Part shown: positions 1-11,930 of the stretch, piece by piece
Layout of the letters: each line of letters opens with the position of its first letter
Numbering within the stretch: position 1 is the stretch's first letter
From: Candidatus Saccharimonadota bacterium
GTDB lineage: Bacteria > Patescibacteriota > Doudnabacteria > UBA920 > O2-02-FULL-48-8
DNA: 36,324 bases
Assembly: GCA_050259015.1 (NCBI GenBank)
Contig: JBLMZV010000029.1
Location: 1-36,324 of the forward strand
Reading direction: 5' to 3'
Translations under genes and position numbers: made by a program
The notes under the pieces: generated by a model
What the model was told of the DNA's origin: nothing
Databases searched by the model: none
Seen by the model: the letters and a program-made list of their open reading frames with translations, nothing else

Positions 1-1
1 C

Positions 2-748
2 CCGTTATCCCAAACCCTGAAGAAAACGCTCCCGGCGTACGTAAGCGGCTTCAGGTACGCATCGATTTACGACCGTGATCAGGCGGTCGGGATCGGGCTT
101 AAGTTGGACAGCAAGCTGACCCCGCCTGCGGCCAAACAGGCAGTCATCGCCAATTTCAGGCGCGAGACTCTGTTCCACAAGCTTGGACTGGCTCTCGAAT
201 CCGATGAGCTTTCCGACGAACTGACTTTTCTCACCCGGGGGAAACAAGGTGAATACGAAAAACTGCTCAAAGACTACTTCGGGGGCGACGAAGAAACCTT
301 CACCAAGTACGTCGTTTATCCGGCTGTCGTCGACAAAAAATTGCGGATGTATTATGCCCATTCCTATTCTTCGAAAGAAGAGGGGTGGGACCGCGCCTAC
401 GGCGCGCTGAGCACTATCAAGTCCGGGGACAAAACATTCGAACAGGTCGCGCGCGAGGAAAGCGACGACAAGTTCACCGGCCAATTCGGCGGCGATCTCG
501 GTTTTTTCGAACACGGACAGGCGCTGCCGGAGCTCGAGAAAATCGCAGTCGTCAGCCCTTTGGGCAAGGTTTATCCCTCCATCGTCGAAAGCCGGCTCGG
601 TTATCACATCATCTACCCGGTCGAGGTTTCCTATGCCGACGGCAAGAAACTTTGGCACGTCAAGCACATCCTATACGCGACGAAGGGCTACGACGCCTGG
701 CTGAACAGCAGCCTGGACGGCATTCGCATACTGACGCTTTCGAACTGA
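2..748 (+). CDS. PpiC/parvulin-type peptidyl-prolyl isomerase (PrsA/SurA-like), 5'-truncated by the window edge
   Basis: Frame is open from base 2 to TGA at 748; rotamase motifs FEQVAREESDD, GGDLGFF, VESRLGYHII. Confidence 0.85.
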   Translation, partial: PLSQTLKKTLPAYVSGFRYASIYDRDQAVGIGLKLDSKLTPPAAKQAVIANFRRETLFHKLGLALESDELSDELTFLTRGKQGEYEKLLKDYFGGDEETFTKYVVYPAVVDKKLRMYYAHSYSSKEEGWDRAYGALSTIKSGDKTFEQVAREESDDKFTGQFGGDLGFFEHGQALPELEKIAVVSPLGKVYPSIVESRLGYHIIYPVEVSYADGKKLWHVKHILYATKGYDAWLNSSLDGIRILTLSN

Positions 749-750
749 AA

Positions 751-779
751 TTGGCGGCCGGACTTCTTTGGGTTATAAT
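751..779 (+). promoter_or_regulatory. sigma70-type promoter for tRNA-Gly
   Basis: TTGGCG-17 nt-TATAAT just upstream of the tRNA. Confidence 0.6.
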
Positions 780-789
780 ATCGTCACGT

Positions 790-863
790 GCAGGTATCGT
801 ATAATGGCAGTACATGACCTTCCCAAGGTTAGAGCGCGGGTCCGATTCCCGCTACCTGCTCCA
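790..863 (+). tRNA. tRNA-Gly(CCC)
   Basis: Cloverleaf: acceptor GCAGGTA/TACCTGC, anticodon arm TGACC-TTCCCAA-GGTTA, U73, encoded CCA; T-loop is TCCGATT. Confidence 0.93.
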
Positions 864-959
864 GATAATGAGGCACACAGCCTGATCCGACAAACACCTT
901 TATAATGAAGGCGTTTTTTGTTATACTGCCATCGGACAGCCAACCTTAACCAGAAAAAA

Positions 960-1856
960 ATGACAACCGAAGAAGGCCTGAACTACGTGAGAAGCCAGCT
1001 CGCCGCCGGCTTCAGCGAAGAAACCGTCAGGCGATCGCTTTCTGCCAACGGATGGAGGACGGAGGATATAGAGGATCTGCTGCGCGCGGCCAAGGACGGA
1101 TTTCCGTCGGCAGCCTTGGACCGGCCAGCCGACCTGCTTCGCAGATGCTTTGACGTTTACCGGCGCAATCTGGATACCGTGGTAAAGATCCTGCTGCCCG
1201 GGTTTATCGTGATGATCATCGGGGTGGCGGTTATTCCGGCGCAGAGCGGCAACCAGATGATCACGGTGATCCCTTATCCGAACCATGAGACCGAATCCCT
1301 TATTTCGGCGGCCTGGGTTTTAATTCAGGGAATCGTGACTCTATTCATGACCCTGGCCCTGATAGTGTACGCGAAATCCGGGCATGCCCTGACCGCGGAA
1401 GCGTCCTGGCGGGAGGGAGCCAGATTCTTCCTTCCGTATCTTTGGGTTTCGATTCTGGAGTCCCTGGTCGTCGCCTTAGGTTTCGTCCTGCTGATCATAC
1501 CGGGCTTTCTGTTCGCCGGATGGTTCGTTTTCGCCAACATCCTGATCATTACCGAAGGCCTGAGAGGCACCCAGGCGCTTTCCAGAAGCAAGGCCTACGT
1601 CAAAGGACGCTGGTGGGCGATCGTGGGCCGGCTTCTTTATCTGATGCTCGTTTTTATCGCCGTATATTTCGTGTTCGGACTTTTGACCGCCGGAATCGAG
1701 GCCGTAAAGCCCATGCCTCACCTGCTGAACCTTCTCTACGTAGTGCTGGCAGTGCTGATAAGTCCGCTCTCCATTTTCTATCTCTACGAATTATACCTGT
1801 CCGCCCGCCGGTCCGCCCGGCTGCCCGAACAGCCTTCAATTAACCCCAACGCTTAA
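960..1856 (+). CDS. Multi-pass membrane protein with a small N-terminal helical domain (DUF975/GDPD membrane-domain-like)
   Basis: ATG at 960 after an A-run; about 5-6 hydrophobic segments; motifs GFVLLIIPG and ALSRSKAYVKGRWW. Confidence 0.7.
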   Translation: MTTEEGLNYVRSQLAAGFSEETVRRSLSANGWRTEDIEDLLRAAKDGFPSAALDRPADLLRRCFDVYRRNLDTVVKILLPGFIVMIIGVAVIPAQSGNQMITVIPYPNHETESLISAAWVLIQGIVTLFMTLALIVYAKSGHALTAEASWREGARFFLPYLWVSILESLVVALGFVLLIIPGFLFAGWFVFANILIITEGLRGTQALSRSKAYVKGRWWAIVGRLLYLMLVFIAVYFVFGLLTAGIEAVKPMPHLLNLLYVVLAVLISPLSIFYLYELYLSARRSARLPEQPSINPNA

Positions 1857-1862
1857 GCCCCG

Positions 1863-2288
1863 ATGTCAGAACCGGAATTTTTCAAGGTATCCCTCAAAGT
1901 CGTCCTCAGGAACGATAAAGGCGAGAAGCTTCTGCTCCTCAATCCCAAAATTTCGTCGGGCAGTTTCGACCTACCGGGCGGCCGGATCAACGGAGATGAA
2001 ATCGGGCTCGACGTCGCTTCTATAATCGGCAGGGAATTGTCCGAGGAAATAGGCGATATCCGTTATGAACTGAATCCGTCTCCCATAGCCACGGGCATCG
2101 GCATCGGACGGCGTACCGGTCACCCGACCTTCTATCTGATCTTTGAAGGCCGGTTCCTCTCCGGGAAGATCGAGACGAGCGCCGAACACGACGGCTACCG
2201 CTGGGTCAGGGATTTACCCGACACGGATTACTCCAACTCCGGCATTGATCAGGCCGTCCGGAATTGGAAAAGCCTGACCGCTTCTTAG
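1863..2288 (+). CDS. NUDIX hydrolase
   Basis: Nudix box LPGGRI...RELSEEIG; C-terminal SAEHDGYRWV. Confidence 0.85.
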   Translation: MSEPEFFKVSLKVVLRNDKGEKLLLLNPKISSGSFDLPGGRINGDEIGLDVASIIGRELSEEIGDIRYELNPSPIATGIGIGRRTGHPTFYLIFEGRFLSGKIETSAEHDGYRWVRDLPDTDYSNSGIDQAVRNWKSLTAS

Positions 2289-2336
2289 CGCTTTTGCTGA
2301 TTGCCCGCCTACGCAGTAAGCCCATAGACTTATAGC

Positions 2337-4127
2337 ATGAACAACAATACAATCGAATGGGACTTGTCGGGACTCTATTCCGGCCCGCATGATCCCAAAG
2401 TTACCCGGGATACAGCCTCCGCCAACAGACTGGCGGATGATTTTGTCAGCCTCTATCGGGGCAATATCGGCGAAAAAACCGCGCCGACTCAGCTTCGCGA
2501 CGCGCTTAAGCGGCTGGAAAAGATCCTGGAACAGGCGGCCAGGCCGGAAATGTACGCCAGTCTGCTGTTTTCGACTGACGTGAATAACCAAGCCTTCGGC
2601 GCTTTGCTGAACGGGACAACGGACGCTTACGTCCAAATCAGCAAGAAGCTGCTGTTTTTCGAACTTGATCTGGCGAAGCTCAGCGAAAAAACCCTTAACA
2701 GGTTCGCGTCCGACCCGTCGCTTAAGAACTACCGCCACTTCATCCTGCGCCAGATCGATTACAAGAAACACCGCCTGACGGAACCGGAAGAGAAGCTATT
2801 GGCCGACAAGGACCAGACCAGCAAGGCGGCTTTCGCCAGGCTGTTCGAGCAACTTATTTCCTCCAAAAAATTTCTCTTCCGCAAAAATTCGAAAAAGGAA
2901 ATAACGCTTTCCGAAACCGAGATCCTGGACCTGCTGCACAACCCCGACCGGGAAACCAGAAAGGCGGCAGCCAGGGATTTTACGCTGGGCCTCAAGGATG
3001 AAGTACCCAAACTCAGTTTTATTTACAACACTCTGGGCTTCGACAAGAAGATCAACGATGGCTACCGCAAGTTCGAAAATCCGGAGGACTCCAGGCACCT
3101 CGACAACGAGGTCACCACGGAAGCGGTGGATGCTCTTGTCGGCTCCGTCACGAAAAACTACGGAATGGTCGCGGATTATTACCGGTTCAAAGCCAAGACG
3201 CTCCAGGTCGGAAAACTTAAGGACTACGACAGGTATGCGCCGACCGCGAAATCTTCCGTAAAAATCCCGTTCGTGAAAGGCAAAGACATCATTCTGGACG
3301 CCTTCGGCGAATTCGATCCCGAATTCAGATCGATAGCCAAAGAATTCTTCGACAGTCGGTGGATCCATGCCTCGCTCAAGCCAGGGAAGCGCGGGGGCGC
3401 CTACTGTTCTTATCTGACCCCGAGCCTTCACCCTTACGTATTCGTCAACTATCAGGACAAAATAGCCGACGTCGAGACGCTTGCCCACGAATTGGGACAC
3501 GCCATCCATGGATACCTGATGCGATCACAGACGCTTTTGAATTTCGACTCACCGCTGACCCTGGCTGAAACCGCCAGCGTTTTCGCGGAGATGATCGTCT
3601 TCGATTACCTTAAACAATCACTCCCACCCAAAGAGCGCCTGGCGCTTTTGATGCGCACCATCGAAGGCCTCATCGCCAGCGTTTTCCGGCAGATCGCGAT
3701 GTTCCAGTTTGAGCGCGATTTCCATGCTCTGCGCAGAAACGGAGAGATTACGCACGAAAAAATCAGCGAACTCTGGCTCAACAGACAAAAGGAGATGTTC
3801 AAAGGATCCATCGAGCTGACACCTGATTATGCCCTCTGGTGGTCCTACATCCCGCATTTCTTCGAAACTCCATTTTACGTGTATGCGTACGCTTTCGGCC
3901 AGCTTCTGACCATGTCACTCTATGAACGGCGCAACGAGCCTGGATTCAAGCTTAAATACAAGGATTTTCTCAGGTCCGGGGGGAGTAAGTCACCGCGGGA
4001 GCTATTGGCCGGCCTGGGCGTGGATACGGCAGATCCGGATTTCTGGCAAAACGGCCTCAACCTCATAGGAAAGATGGTAGCTGAGGCGAAAGAAACATAC
4101 GCAAGCCTAAAGGCAGACCGGCGGTAA
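2337..4127 (+). CDS. M3 family oligoendopeptidase (PepF-like)
   Basis: N-terminal WDLSGLY, GKRGGAYC, zinc motif HELGH, LAETAS, FYVYAYAFG. Confidence 0.93.
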   Translation: MNNNTIEWDLSGLYSGPHDPKVTRDTASANRLADDFVSLYRGNIGEKTAPTQLRDALKRLEKILEQAARPEMYASLLFSTDVNNQAFGALLNGTTDAYVQISKKLLFFELDLAKLSEKTLNRFASDPSLKNYRHFILRQIDYKKHRLTEPEEKLLADKDQTSKAAFARLFEQLISSKKFLFRKNSKKEITLSETEILDLLHNPDRETRKAAARDFTLGLKDEVPKLSFIYNTLGFDKKINDGYRKFENPEDSRHLDNEVTTEAVDALVGSVTKNYGMVADYYRFKAKTLQVGKLKDYDRYAPTAKSSVKIPFVKGKDIILDAFGEFDPEFRSIAKEFFDSRWIHASLKPGKRGGAYCSYLTPSLHPYVFVNYQDKIADVETLAHELGHAIHGYLMRSQTLLNFDSPLTLAETASVFAEMIVFDYLKQSLPPKERLALLMRTIEGLIASVFRQIAMFQFERDFHALRRNGEITHEKISELWLNRQKEMFKGSIELTPDYALWWSYIPHFFETPFYVYAYAFGQLLTMSLYERRNEPGFKLKYKDFLRSGGSKSPRELLAGLGVDTADPDFWQNGLNLIGKMVAEAKETYASLKADRR

Positions 4128-4150
4128 GATATCGCTTATGCCGGAATCCT

Positions 4151-4178
4151 TTGTATTTTCTCCGGAAAATGTTATAAT
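4151..4178 (+). promoter_or_regulatory. sigma70-type promoter (extended -10) for the tRNA-Thr locus
   Basis: TTGTAT-16 nt-TATAAT with TG at the extended -10 position. Confidence 0.65.
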
Positions 4179-4191
4179 TAGAGCACTTTTC

Positions 4192-4361
4192 GCCGACGCA
4201 GCTCAATTGGCCCACCTGCCCGTCCCTGGGTGCCGAGATAGCTCAATTGGTAGAGCAGCGGTATCGTAAACCGCAGGTTGGAGGTTCAAGTCCTCTTCTC
4301 GGCTCCAGGGATCGGCGGGTGTGCAACGGCATCGAGCCGGTCCGATTCCGATTGTCTGCCA
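4192..4361 (+). pseudogene. Degenerate tRNA-like shell (5' part 4192-4212, 3' part 4321-4361) interrupted by an insert carrying tRNA-Thr
   Basis: GCCGACG-CA-GCTCAATTGG at the 5' side; GTGC-A-ACGGC-ATCG..GCCGG-TCCGATT-CCGAT-TGTCTGC-CA at the 3' side; acceptor stem pairs 6 of 7. Confidence 0.6.
4232..4307 (+). tRNA. tRNA-Thr(CGT)
   Basis: Acceptor GCCGAGA/TCTCGGC, anticodon arm GCGGT-ATCGTAA-ACCGC, T-loop TTCAAGT, U73, encoded CCA; 76 nt. Confidence 0.95.
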
Positions 4362-4391
4362 GAAAAGTCAAGGGGTCCAAAAAAGGCCGTC

Positions 4392-4420
4392 TTGCCAATC
4401 CGGGCTTTTTTTGTTAGTAT
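4392..4420 (+). promoter_or_regulatory. Promoter of the atp operon, overlapping a terminator-like hairpin of the tRNA unit
   Basis: TTGCCA-17 nt-TAGTAT, 21 nt before the ATG at 4442. Confidence 0.55.
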
Positions 4421-4441
4421 TTTTCCGGTCGTTTTAAAAAA

Positions 4442-4675
4442 ATGGACAACCCTGCCAAGAAAACTCCGACTCCGGTCGACAAATGGCGCATGGTCGGCCT
4501 CAGCATGGAGCTGGGCTTCATAATCGCCCTGCCCCTACTGATCTTCAGCCTGCTCGGCAAATACCTGGATAACCGCTGGCATACAGCGCCCTGGCTGACC
4601 CTGGCGGGTATCCTCATCGCCATCGCATCAACCACAATCTGGCTTATTCAACGCATTAAGGAGATGATGAAATGA
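4442..4675 (+). CDS. AtpZ/AtpI family protein (putative Fo-associated subunit)
   Basis: Two TM helices with the LGKYLD...HTAPW motif; first gene of the atp operon. Confidence 0.85.
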   Translation: MDNPAKKTPTPVDKWRMVGLSMELGFIIALPLLIFSLLGKYLDNRWHTAPWLTLAGILIAIASTTIWLIQRIKEMMK

Positions 4676-5478
4676 TTTTCGCACTGCCGCCGCTCGTAGC
4701 CGAACCAATTTTCCACATCGGGTCTTTCCCGGTCACCAACGCTTACATCAATTCGATTATCGCCGTCGTATTTTTCGCAATCATCGGCTTCATCCTGAAG
4801 GGGAGGACGGCACTGATCCCGACCGGCCTGCAGAATTTCGCCGAAGGGGTCCTCGAGTTCATTCTGGGATATGTCGACCAAGTCACGCATGACCGCAAGA
4901 AATCCATGAAGTTCTTGCCGATCGTCGGCGGGCTGTTTTTATTTATTCTGTTTTCAAACTGGATCGGACTGTTGCCCGGCACCGGCTCCATCGGCCGCTA
5001 CGAACTGGTGCACGGCGAAATGGAGCTGGTTCCGCTGCTCAGGCCGGCCAACACCGACCTTAATATGACTTTGGCGATGGCCATCTTCGCGGTCGTGGCC
5101 TCCCACCTGTTCGGCATCGTCGCCATCGGCTTCTTTAAGTATGCCAATAAATTCATCAAGCTTGGCGATGTCGTGAAGTCGTTCCGCAAGGGCGGCATCA
5201 GCATCATGGTCGCCCTGATCGAATTCGCCGTGGGGCTGATCGAAATTTTTTCCGAAATCGCCAAAATGGTTTCGCTCTCTCTTCGGTTGTTCGGCAACGT
5301 TTTCGCCGGCGAAGTGCTGCTTACCGTCTTGGCGAGCCTGATCGCTTTCTTCATCCCTCTGCCGTTCATGTTTCTCGAAATCCTCGTAGGCCTCATCCAG
5401 GCCGTGGTTTTCTCGATGCTGACCCTGGTTTACCTGACCATGGCCACCGCCGAACTGCCGGAGGAGTCTCACCATTAA
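4672..5478 (+). CDS. atpB: F0F1 ATP synthase subunit a
   Basis: PTGLQNFAE, SNWIGLLPG, SLSLRLFGNVFAGE (essential Arg), GLIQAVVFSMLT. Confidence 0.97.
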   Translation: MIFALPPLVAEPIFHIGSFPVTNAYINSIIAVVFFAIIGFILKGRTALIPTGLQNFAEGVLEFILGYVDQVTHDRKKSMKFLPIVGGLFLFILFSNWIGLLPGTGSIGRYELVHGEMELVPLLRPANTDLNMTLAMAIFAVVASHLFGIVAIGFFKYANKFIKLGDVVKSFRKGGISIMVALIEFAVGLIEIFSEIAKMVSLSLRLFGNVFAGEVLLTVLASLIAFFIPLPFMFLEILVGLIQAVVFSMLTLVYLTMATAELPEESHH

Positions 5479-5526
5479 GGGTGGCGGTCAGAACTCAAAT
5501 TCTTGAGTCCTGATTCTCATTCTTAA

Positions 5527-5811
<285 letters not shown>

Positions 5812-5814
5812 GCT

Positions 5815-5861
5815 GCAGGGTTTCTGGATCTCATTGGAAACAATGAGGTTCAGCTCTTTGC
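5815..5861 (+). other. Stable intercistronic hairpin with a GAAA tetraloop between atpE and atpF
   Basis: CTGGATCTCATTG-GAAA-CAATGAGGTTCAG (13 bp including G-U), extended by GCAGGG/CTTTGC. Confidence 0.7.
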
Positions 5862-5883
5862 GTCTTATTAACCTCCGCAACCT

Positions 5884-6435
5884 ATGTTACTACATCACCT
5901 GATCCTCTCGGTCGCCGAAACGGCAGCCTCGGAAGCCAAACCCGGCCTTTTGGGCACTCTCGGCATTAACTGGAAGCTGTTTTTGGCGCAGCTCGTCAAC
6001 TTCGCCATCGTCCTGTTCGTTTTCTGGAAATGGATCGTAAAACCCTTGGGCAGCACTCTCATGGCCCGCCAGGAGAAGATTGAGGCCGGCCTGAAGCACG
6101 CCGAAGAACAGGAAGCCGGACGCAAGAACTTCGAGACCTGGAAAGCGGATGAAATGAAAAAAGCCAGAACGGAAGCGGAACATATCATCAAGACCGCATC
6201 CAGCGCAGCCGAAAAGCTGAAACAGGAGACCATGTCGCAGGCATCCGCGCAATCAGCCAAGCTTTTGGAGCAGACCAAGGCGGAGTTGGCCATGCAGAAG
6301 GAAACCATGCTCAAGGAAGTGAGATCCGAGGTCGCCGGTCTGGTCGTCGCCGCATCCGAAAAGATCCTGAAGGAAAAGCTGTCGGACAAGAAAGACCTGG
6401 ACCTGATTAAGCAGAACCTGGGAGGAATCCGCTGA
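5884..6435 (+). CDS. atpF: F0F1 ATP synthase subunit b
   Basis: LGINWKLFLAQLVNF TM segment followed by a long coiled coil; operon position. Confidence 0.95.
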   Translation: MLLHHLILSVAETAASEAKPGLLGTLGINWKLFLAQLVNFAIVLFVFWKWIVKPLGSTLMARQEKIEAGLKHAEEQEAGRKNFETWKADEMKKARTEAEHIIKTASSAAEKLKQETMSQASAQSAKLLEQTKAELAMQKETMLKEVRSEVAGLVVAASEKILKEKLSDKKDLDLIKQNLGGIR

Positions 6436-6833
6436 TGAAGTATTCCGCGAGACAATATTCGATCGCCCTGCGGGAGGCCCTGGAAACGACCAGGCCGGGC
6501 GATCAGGACAAGGTGCTGGATAATTTCGTCCAGCTCCTCGCCGAGAACGGTGATATCAAGCTGTTCGACGAGATATCGGAGGAATACCGCAAGCAGGAGC
6601 TCATGACGAAGGGGATAACGGAAGCGGAAGTGACCACGGCGGTCCCCCTGGATAAGGACACCGAAAAGGCGGTAATCGAGACCCTGAATCGTTACGTGAA
6701 GGGCGACGTGGAGCTCAAACGCAAAGTAGATGAAGGCCTGATCGGGGGGTGCGTGATCACGATCGACGACAAGGTCATAGACGCCTCGATCAAACATTCA
6801 CTGGAGCAATTAAAGAGTAAATTAACGGAATAA
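6435..6833 (+). CDS. atpH: F0F1 ATP synthase subunit delta (short form, 132 aa)
   Basis: [23 protein letters not shown] motifs; operon position. Confidence 0.92.
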   Translation: MKYSARQYSIALREALETTRPGDQDKVLDNFVQLLAENGDIKLFDEISEEYRKQELMTKGITEAEVTTAVPLDKDTEKAVIETLNRYVKGDVELKRKVDEGLIGGCVITIDDKVIDASIKHSLEQLKSKLTE

Positions 6834-6835
6834 CT

Positions 6836-8335
6836 ATGAAAGATAACATCCTTGCTGCGCTGAAAAGCCGAATAGACGAATTCCAGACCTCGACGAAGGC
6901 CGAGAGCGTCGGAAAAGTCCTCCACATAGGCGACGGAATCGCCACCATCTCGGGACTATCGGGGGCCCAAGCCTCGGAAATGCTCGAATTTCCCGGCAAC
7001 GTCTTCGGCGTCGCCCTGAACCTCGAAGAAGACACGATCGGAGCGGTATTGCTCGGCGAATACAGCCACATCAAGCAGGGGGATACCGTAAAGTCCACCG
7101 GCAAGATCCTTTCCGTCCCCGTAGGCGACTCCCTGATCGGCCGCGTCATCAGCCCCTTGGGCGAACCCTTGGACAACAAAGGCCCGATAAAATCCGAAAC
7201 CTACTATCCGGTGGAAAAAATCGCTCCCGGCGTCATCGCCCGGCAGGGCGTCAATCAGCCGCTGCAGACCGGCATTAAGGCGATCGACGCTTTGATTCCG
7301 ATCGGTAAGGGACAGCGCGAATTGATCATCGGCGACCGTCAGACAGGCAAAACAGCCGTTGCCATCGATACCATCATCAACCAGAAGGGCAAGGATGTCA
7401 TCTGCATCTACGTGGCCATCGGACAGAAAGAATCCAAGGTAGCCCGCATCATGGGCGAACTGAACAAGCATGATGCCATGAGCCACACCATCATCGTCGT
7501 GGCCGGGGCCTCCGATCCGGCGGCACTGTCCTACATCGCTCCGTTCGCGGGCTGCGCGATGGGGGAGTACTTTATGGATCACGGCAAGCATGTGCTGATC
7601 ATTTACGATGATCTTTCCAAACACGCGGTCGCTTACCGCGAAATTTCCCTGCTGCTTCGGAGACCGCCGGGGCGTGAAGCCTATCCCGGAGACGTTTTTT
7701 ATCTCCATTCCCGGCTTTTGGAACGCGCCGCGAAAATGAACGATTCCCTGGGAGGCGGGTCCCTGACAGCCCTTCCGATCATCGAAACCCAGGCCGGCGA
7801 CATTTCCGCCTACATTCCGACAAACGTGATTTCCATCACCGACGGCCAGATCTTCCTGGAATCCGACCTGTTTTACCAGGGTATCCGCCCGGCGTTGAAC
7901 GTCGGCCTGTCGGTGTCACGCGTCGGTTCCGCGGCTCAGATCAAGGCCATCAAGAAAGTTGCGGGACGCCTGAAGCTTGATTTGGCGCAATTCCGGGAAC
8001 TGGCCGCTTTCGCCCAGTTCGCCTCCGACCTAGACTCCAAGACCAAGGCCCAGATCGAACGGGGCCAGCGCATCACGGAAGTTCTGAAACAGGGCCAGTA
8101 CCAGCCGATGCCCGTCGAGAACCAGGTCGCGATCCTTTACGCCGTAGTCAACGGCTATCTGGACGACGTGCCGGTGGACAACGTAAGCGCCTGGGAAACA
8201 GATTTCCACCGTTTCTTCAACGTCCAGTACAGGGATCTTTTAAACCGCATCGCGAACGAGAAAGAACTTAAGGATGACATCGAGGCTAAGCTAAAAGCCA
8301 GCATCGAAGAATTCAAGAAGAGTCATGGCGAATAA
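6836..8335 (+). CDS. atpA: F0F1 ATP synthase subunit alpha
   Basis: GDRQTGKT Walker [24 protein letters not shown]. Confidence 0.99.
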   Translation: MKDNILAALKSRIDEFQTSTKAESVGKVLHIGDGIATISGLSGAQASEMLEFPGNVFGVALNLEEDTIGAVLLGEYSHIKQGDTVKSTGKILSVPVGDSLIGRVISPLGEPLDNKGPIKSETYYPVEKIAPGVIARQGVNQPLQTGIKAIDALIPIGKGQRELIIGDRQTGKTAVAIDTIINQKGKDVICIYVAIGQKESKVARIMGELNKHDAMSHTIIVVAGASDPAALSYIAPFAGCAMGEYFMDHGKHVLIIYDDLSKHAVAYREISLLLRRPPGREAYPGDVFYLHSRLLERAAKMNDSLGGGSLTALPIIETQAGDISAYIPTNVISITDGQIFLESDLFYQGIRPALNVGLSVSRVGSAAQIKAIKKVAGRLKLDLAQFRELAAFAQFASDLDSKTKAQIERGQRITEVLKQGQYQPMPVENQVAILYAVVNGYLDDVPVDNVSAWETDFHRFFNVQYRDLLNRIANEKELKDDIEAKLKASIEEFKKSHGE

Positions 8336-9206
8336 TTCCCGAGAAATCAGGCGGAGGATCAAATCGGTCCGGAACATCAGCCAGATCACCAAGGCGATGG
8401 AGCTGGTTTCGGCTGCTAAAATGCGCAAAGCCCAATCCGCGGCGCTCGCCTCGAGGCCGTACGCCAAACTTACCTCGGAGCTTCTAAAAAACCTTGTCCG
8501 GTTAAACCTGCAGCACCCCTTGATCGAGAGGCCGGAACCGGAAAACGGTTCCAACGCGAAACCCGGAAAGTATCTGATCATCCTCATCACTTCCGACCGG
8601 AGCCTGGCCGGATCTCTGAATACCAACGTGATCAACCGCTCCCTGGCTCTATTGAGGGAGGAGAACGCCCGGGAGTTCGATTTCATTACCGTCGGCAAAA
8701 AGGGCGCAGAGGCGATCAGACGGCAGGGACGCAATATCGTGGCCGCTTTCGAAGGCAAGGACCGGAACCTGAGCGTCTTCGACGCCAAACCTGTATCCCA
8801 GATCGCCATCGAAGATTTCCTGAATCGGAAGTACGATAAGGTATTCGCGGTTTACACGGATTACGTCTCGACTCTGGTGCAGAAACCCAACCTGACCCAG
8901 ATCCTGCCCCTGGTCAAGCCGGAAAACGGCAACGGCGGCAACGGCGCGGACGAGGTCACTTTCGAACCTGACTCGCAGCACGTCCTGGATCATCTGGTTT
9001 TCCGCACGATAGAATTCGGAATTTACCAGTGCCTGCTTGAAGCCGCGGCATCGGAACACTCCGCGCGCATGGTGGCGATGAGAAATGCCAGCCAAGCCGC
9101 TTATGACTTGATCGACCAATTATCCTTAAGCTACAACCAGGCCCGCCAAGCCGGGATTACCCGCGAACTCGCGGAAATCTCCGCCGCGAAACTGGCGATG
9201 GAATAA
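8325..9206 (+). CDS. atpG: F0F1 ATP synthase subunit gamma
   Basis: [34 protein letters not shown]. Confidence 0.98.
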   Translation: MANNSREIRRRIKSVRNISQITKAMELVSAAKMRKAQSAALASRPYAKLTSELLKNLVRLNLQHPLIERPEPENGSNAKPGKYLIILITSDRSLAGSLNTNVINRSLALLREENAREFDFITVGKKGAEAIRRQGRNIVAAFEGKDRNLSVFDAKPVSQIAIEDFLNRKYDKVFAVYTDYVSTLVQKPNLTQILPLVKPENGNGGNGADEVTFEPDSQHVLDHLVFRTIEFGIYQCLLEAAASEHSARMVAMRNASQAAYDLIDQLSLSYNQARQAGITRELAEISAAKLAME

Positions 9207-9223
9207 CAACGCAAAATTTTTAA

Positions 9224-11069
<1,846 letters not shown>

Positions 11070-11073
11070 AGCG

Positions 11074-11102
11074 TTGACAGCGGGACGGAATTATGGTATT
11101 CT
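11074..11102 (+). promoter_or_regulatory. sigma70-type promoter
   Basis: TTGACA-17 nt-TATTCT; it overlaps the ORF-track ATG at 11093, so the true start is downstream. Confidence 0.75.
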
Positions 11103-11158
11103 GTCCGGTTGCGAGTGCTCTTTTCCAACGCCAGTCCCAAACCCAAAGGAGGGTCTTG

Positions 11159-11836
11159 ATGGCGCATTTCACGGCAGAGATGGGGGAAGTCGTTGACTTC
11201 CTGATCGCCGAGAAGGTTCTCGTGGACGCGCAGATGGACACGTCGGAATATCGACGGTTCGCCTGCGGCGAGGCATGCAGACGGACGGTTTTCGTCGGCT
11301 GCCCGGACTGCGACGAGCTCAAGGACAAGATGGTCTTCCACGGAACAGTCCTCGGCGAGAAGTTCCATCCGATAGCCCCTGTTCACGGCGGCGCCTCCGC
11401 TTTCCATCCGGCCTCATTGATGATGCCGCATGGAGCGCCGAGGATACCCTACGACTACTTCCTCTACGAGATCGCGCGTTCGGCGGAGATCAAAAACACC
11501 CGGAAGGTTTCATTCTATTCGCACGCCCCCTGCTCGGCAGCCGGAGCCGCAGGCTTCAGCATTCCGCAGCTGATCGAGATGCAGCTCTACAACCGCGGCC
11601 TTCTCGATTTCAGCCTCAGCCGCTTCCACTCGCCCATGGAGGTCTTGCCCTACTTCCACGTGGACTTCCAGGAGACGAGAACCGCCGGCAAGGCAGGTCA
11701 GACGCCGAATTCCGGGAAGAAGGACAAGAAGACCTTCCTGGTTTCCCGCGCGGCCTGGCTCGATGTCCGGGAGCAATTCTGGACCGAGCACCTCGTTCGT
11801 CTTCCGCACCGCCTCACCGAACTCATCGCGGCCTGA
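11159..11836 (+). CDS. Hypothetical protein with beta-carbonic-anhydrase-like zinc motifs
   Basis: SD GGAGG before ATG 11159; VFVGCPD (CxD) ... HGGA ... YSHAPC (HxxC); own promoter and terminator. Confidence 0.6.
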   Translation: MAHFTAEMGEVVDFLIAEKVLVDAQMDTSEYRRFACGEACRRTVFVGCPDCDELKDKMVFHGTVLGEKFHPIAPVHGGASAFHPASLMMPHGAPRIPYDYFLYEIARSAEIKNTRKVSFYSHAPCSAAGAAGFSIPQLIEMQLYNRGLLDFSLSRFHSPMEVLPYFHVDFQETRTAGKAGQTPNSGKKDKKTFLVSRAAWLDVREQFWTEHLVRLPHRLTELIAA

Positions 11837-11843
11837 TCGCCGC

Positions 11844-11876
11844 ATCCCGTCCAGCCACGCTGGTCGGGATTTTTTT
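11844..11876 (+). terminator. Rho-independent terminator
   Basis: ATCCCG-T-CCAGC-CAC-GCTGG-T-CGGGAT hairpin followed by a T-run. Confidence 0.75.
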
Positions 11877-11930
11877 GTCTTGACAGGCCTTTTCCTGTAA
11901 AATTCTCTTATACGACCTTAACCTACTAAT

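Noticed and set aside
4192-4361. attL/attR of an integrated element at tRNA-Thr
   Set aside because: No integrase or cargo, no distant direct repeat seen in the window, and the duplicate is diverged and surrounds the tRNA rather than repeating one end.
4278-4523. 81-aa + strand ORF
   Set aside because: Overlaps tRNA-Thr, the terminator/promoter and the first atp gene in another frame.
11093-11158. ORF-track start at 11093
   Set aside because: Lies within the promoter; the SD-led ATG at 11159 is the better start.
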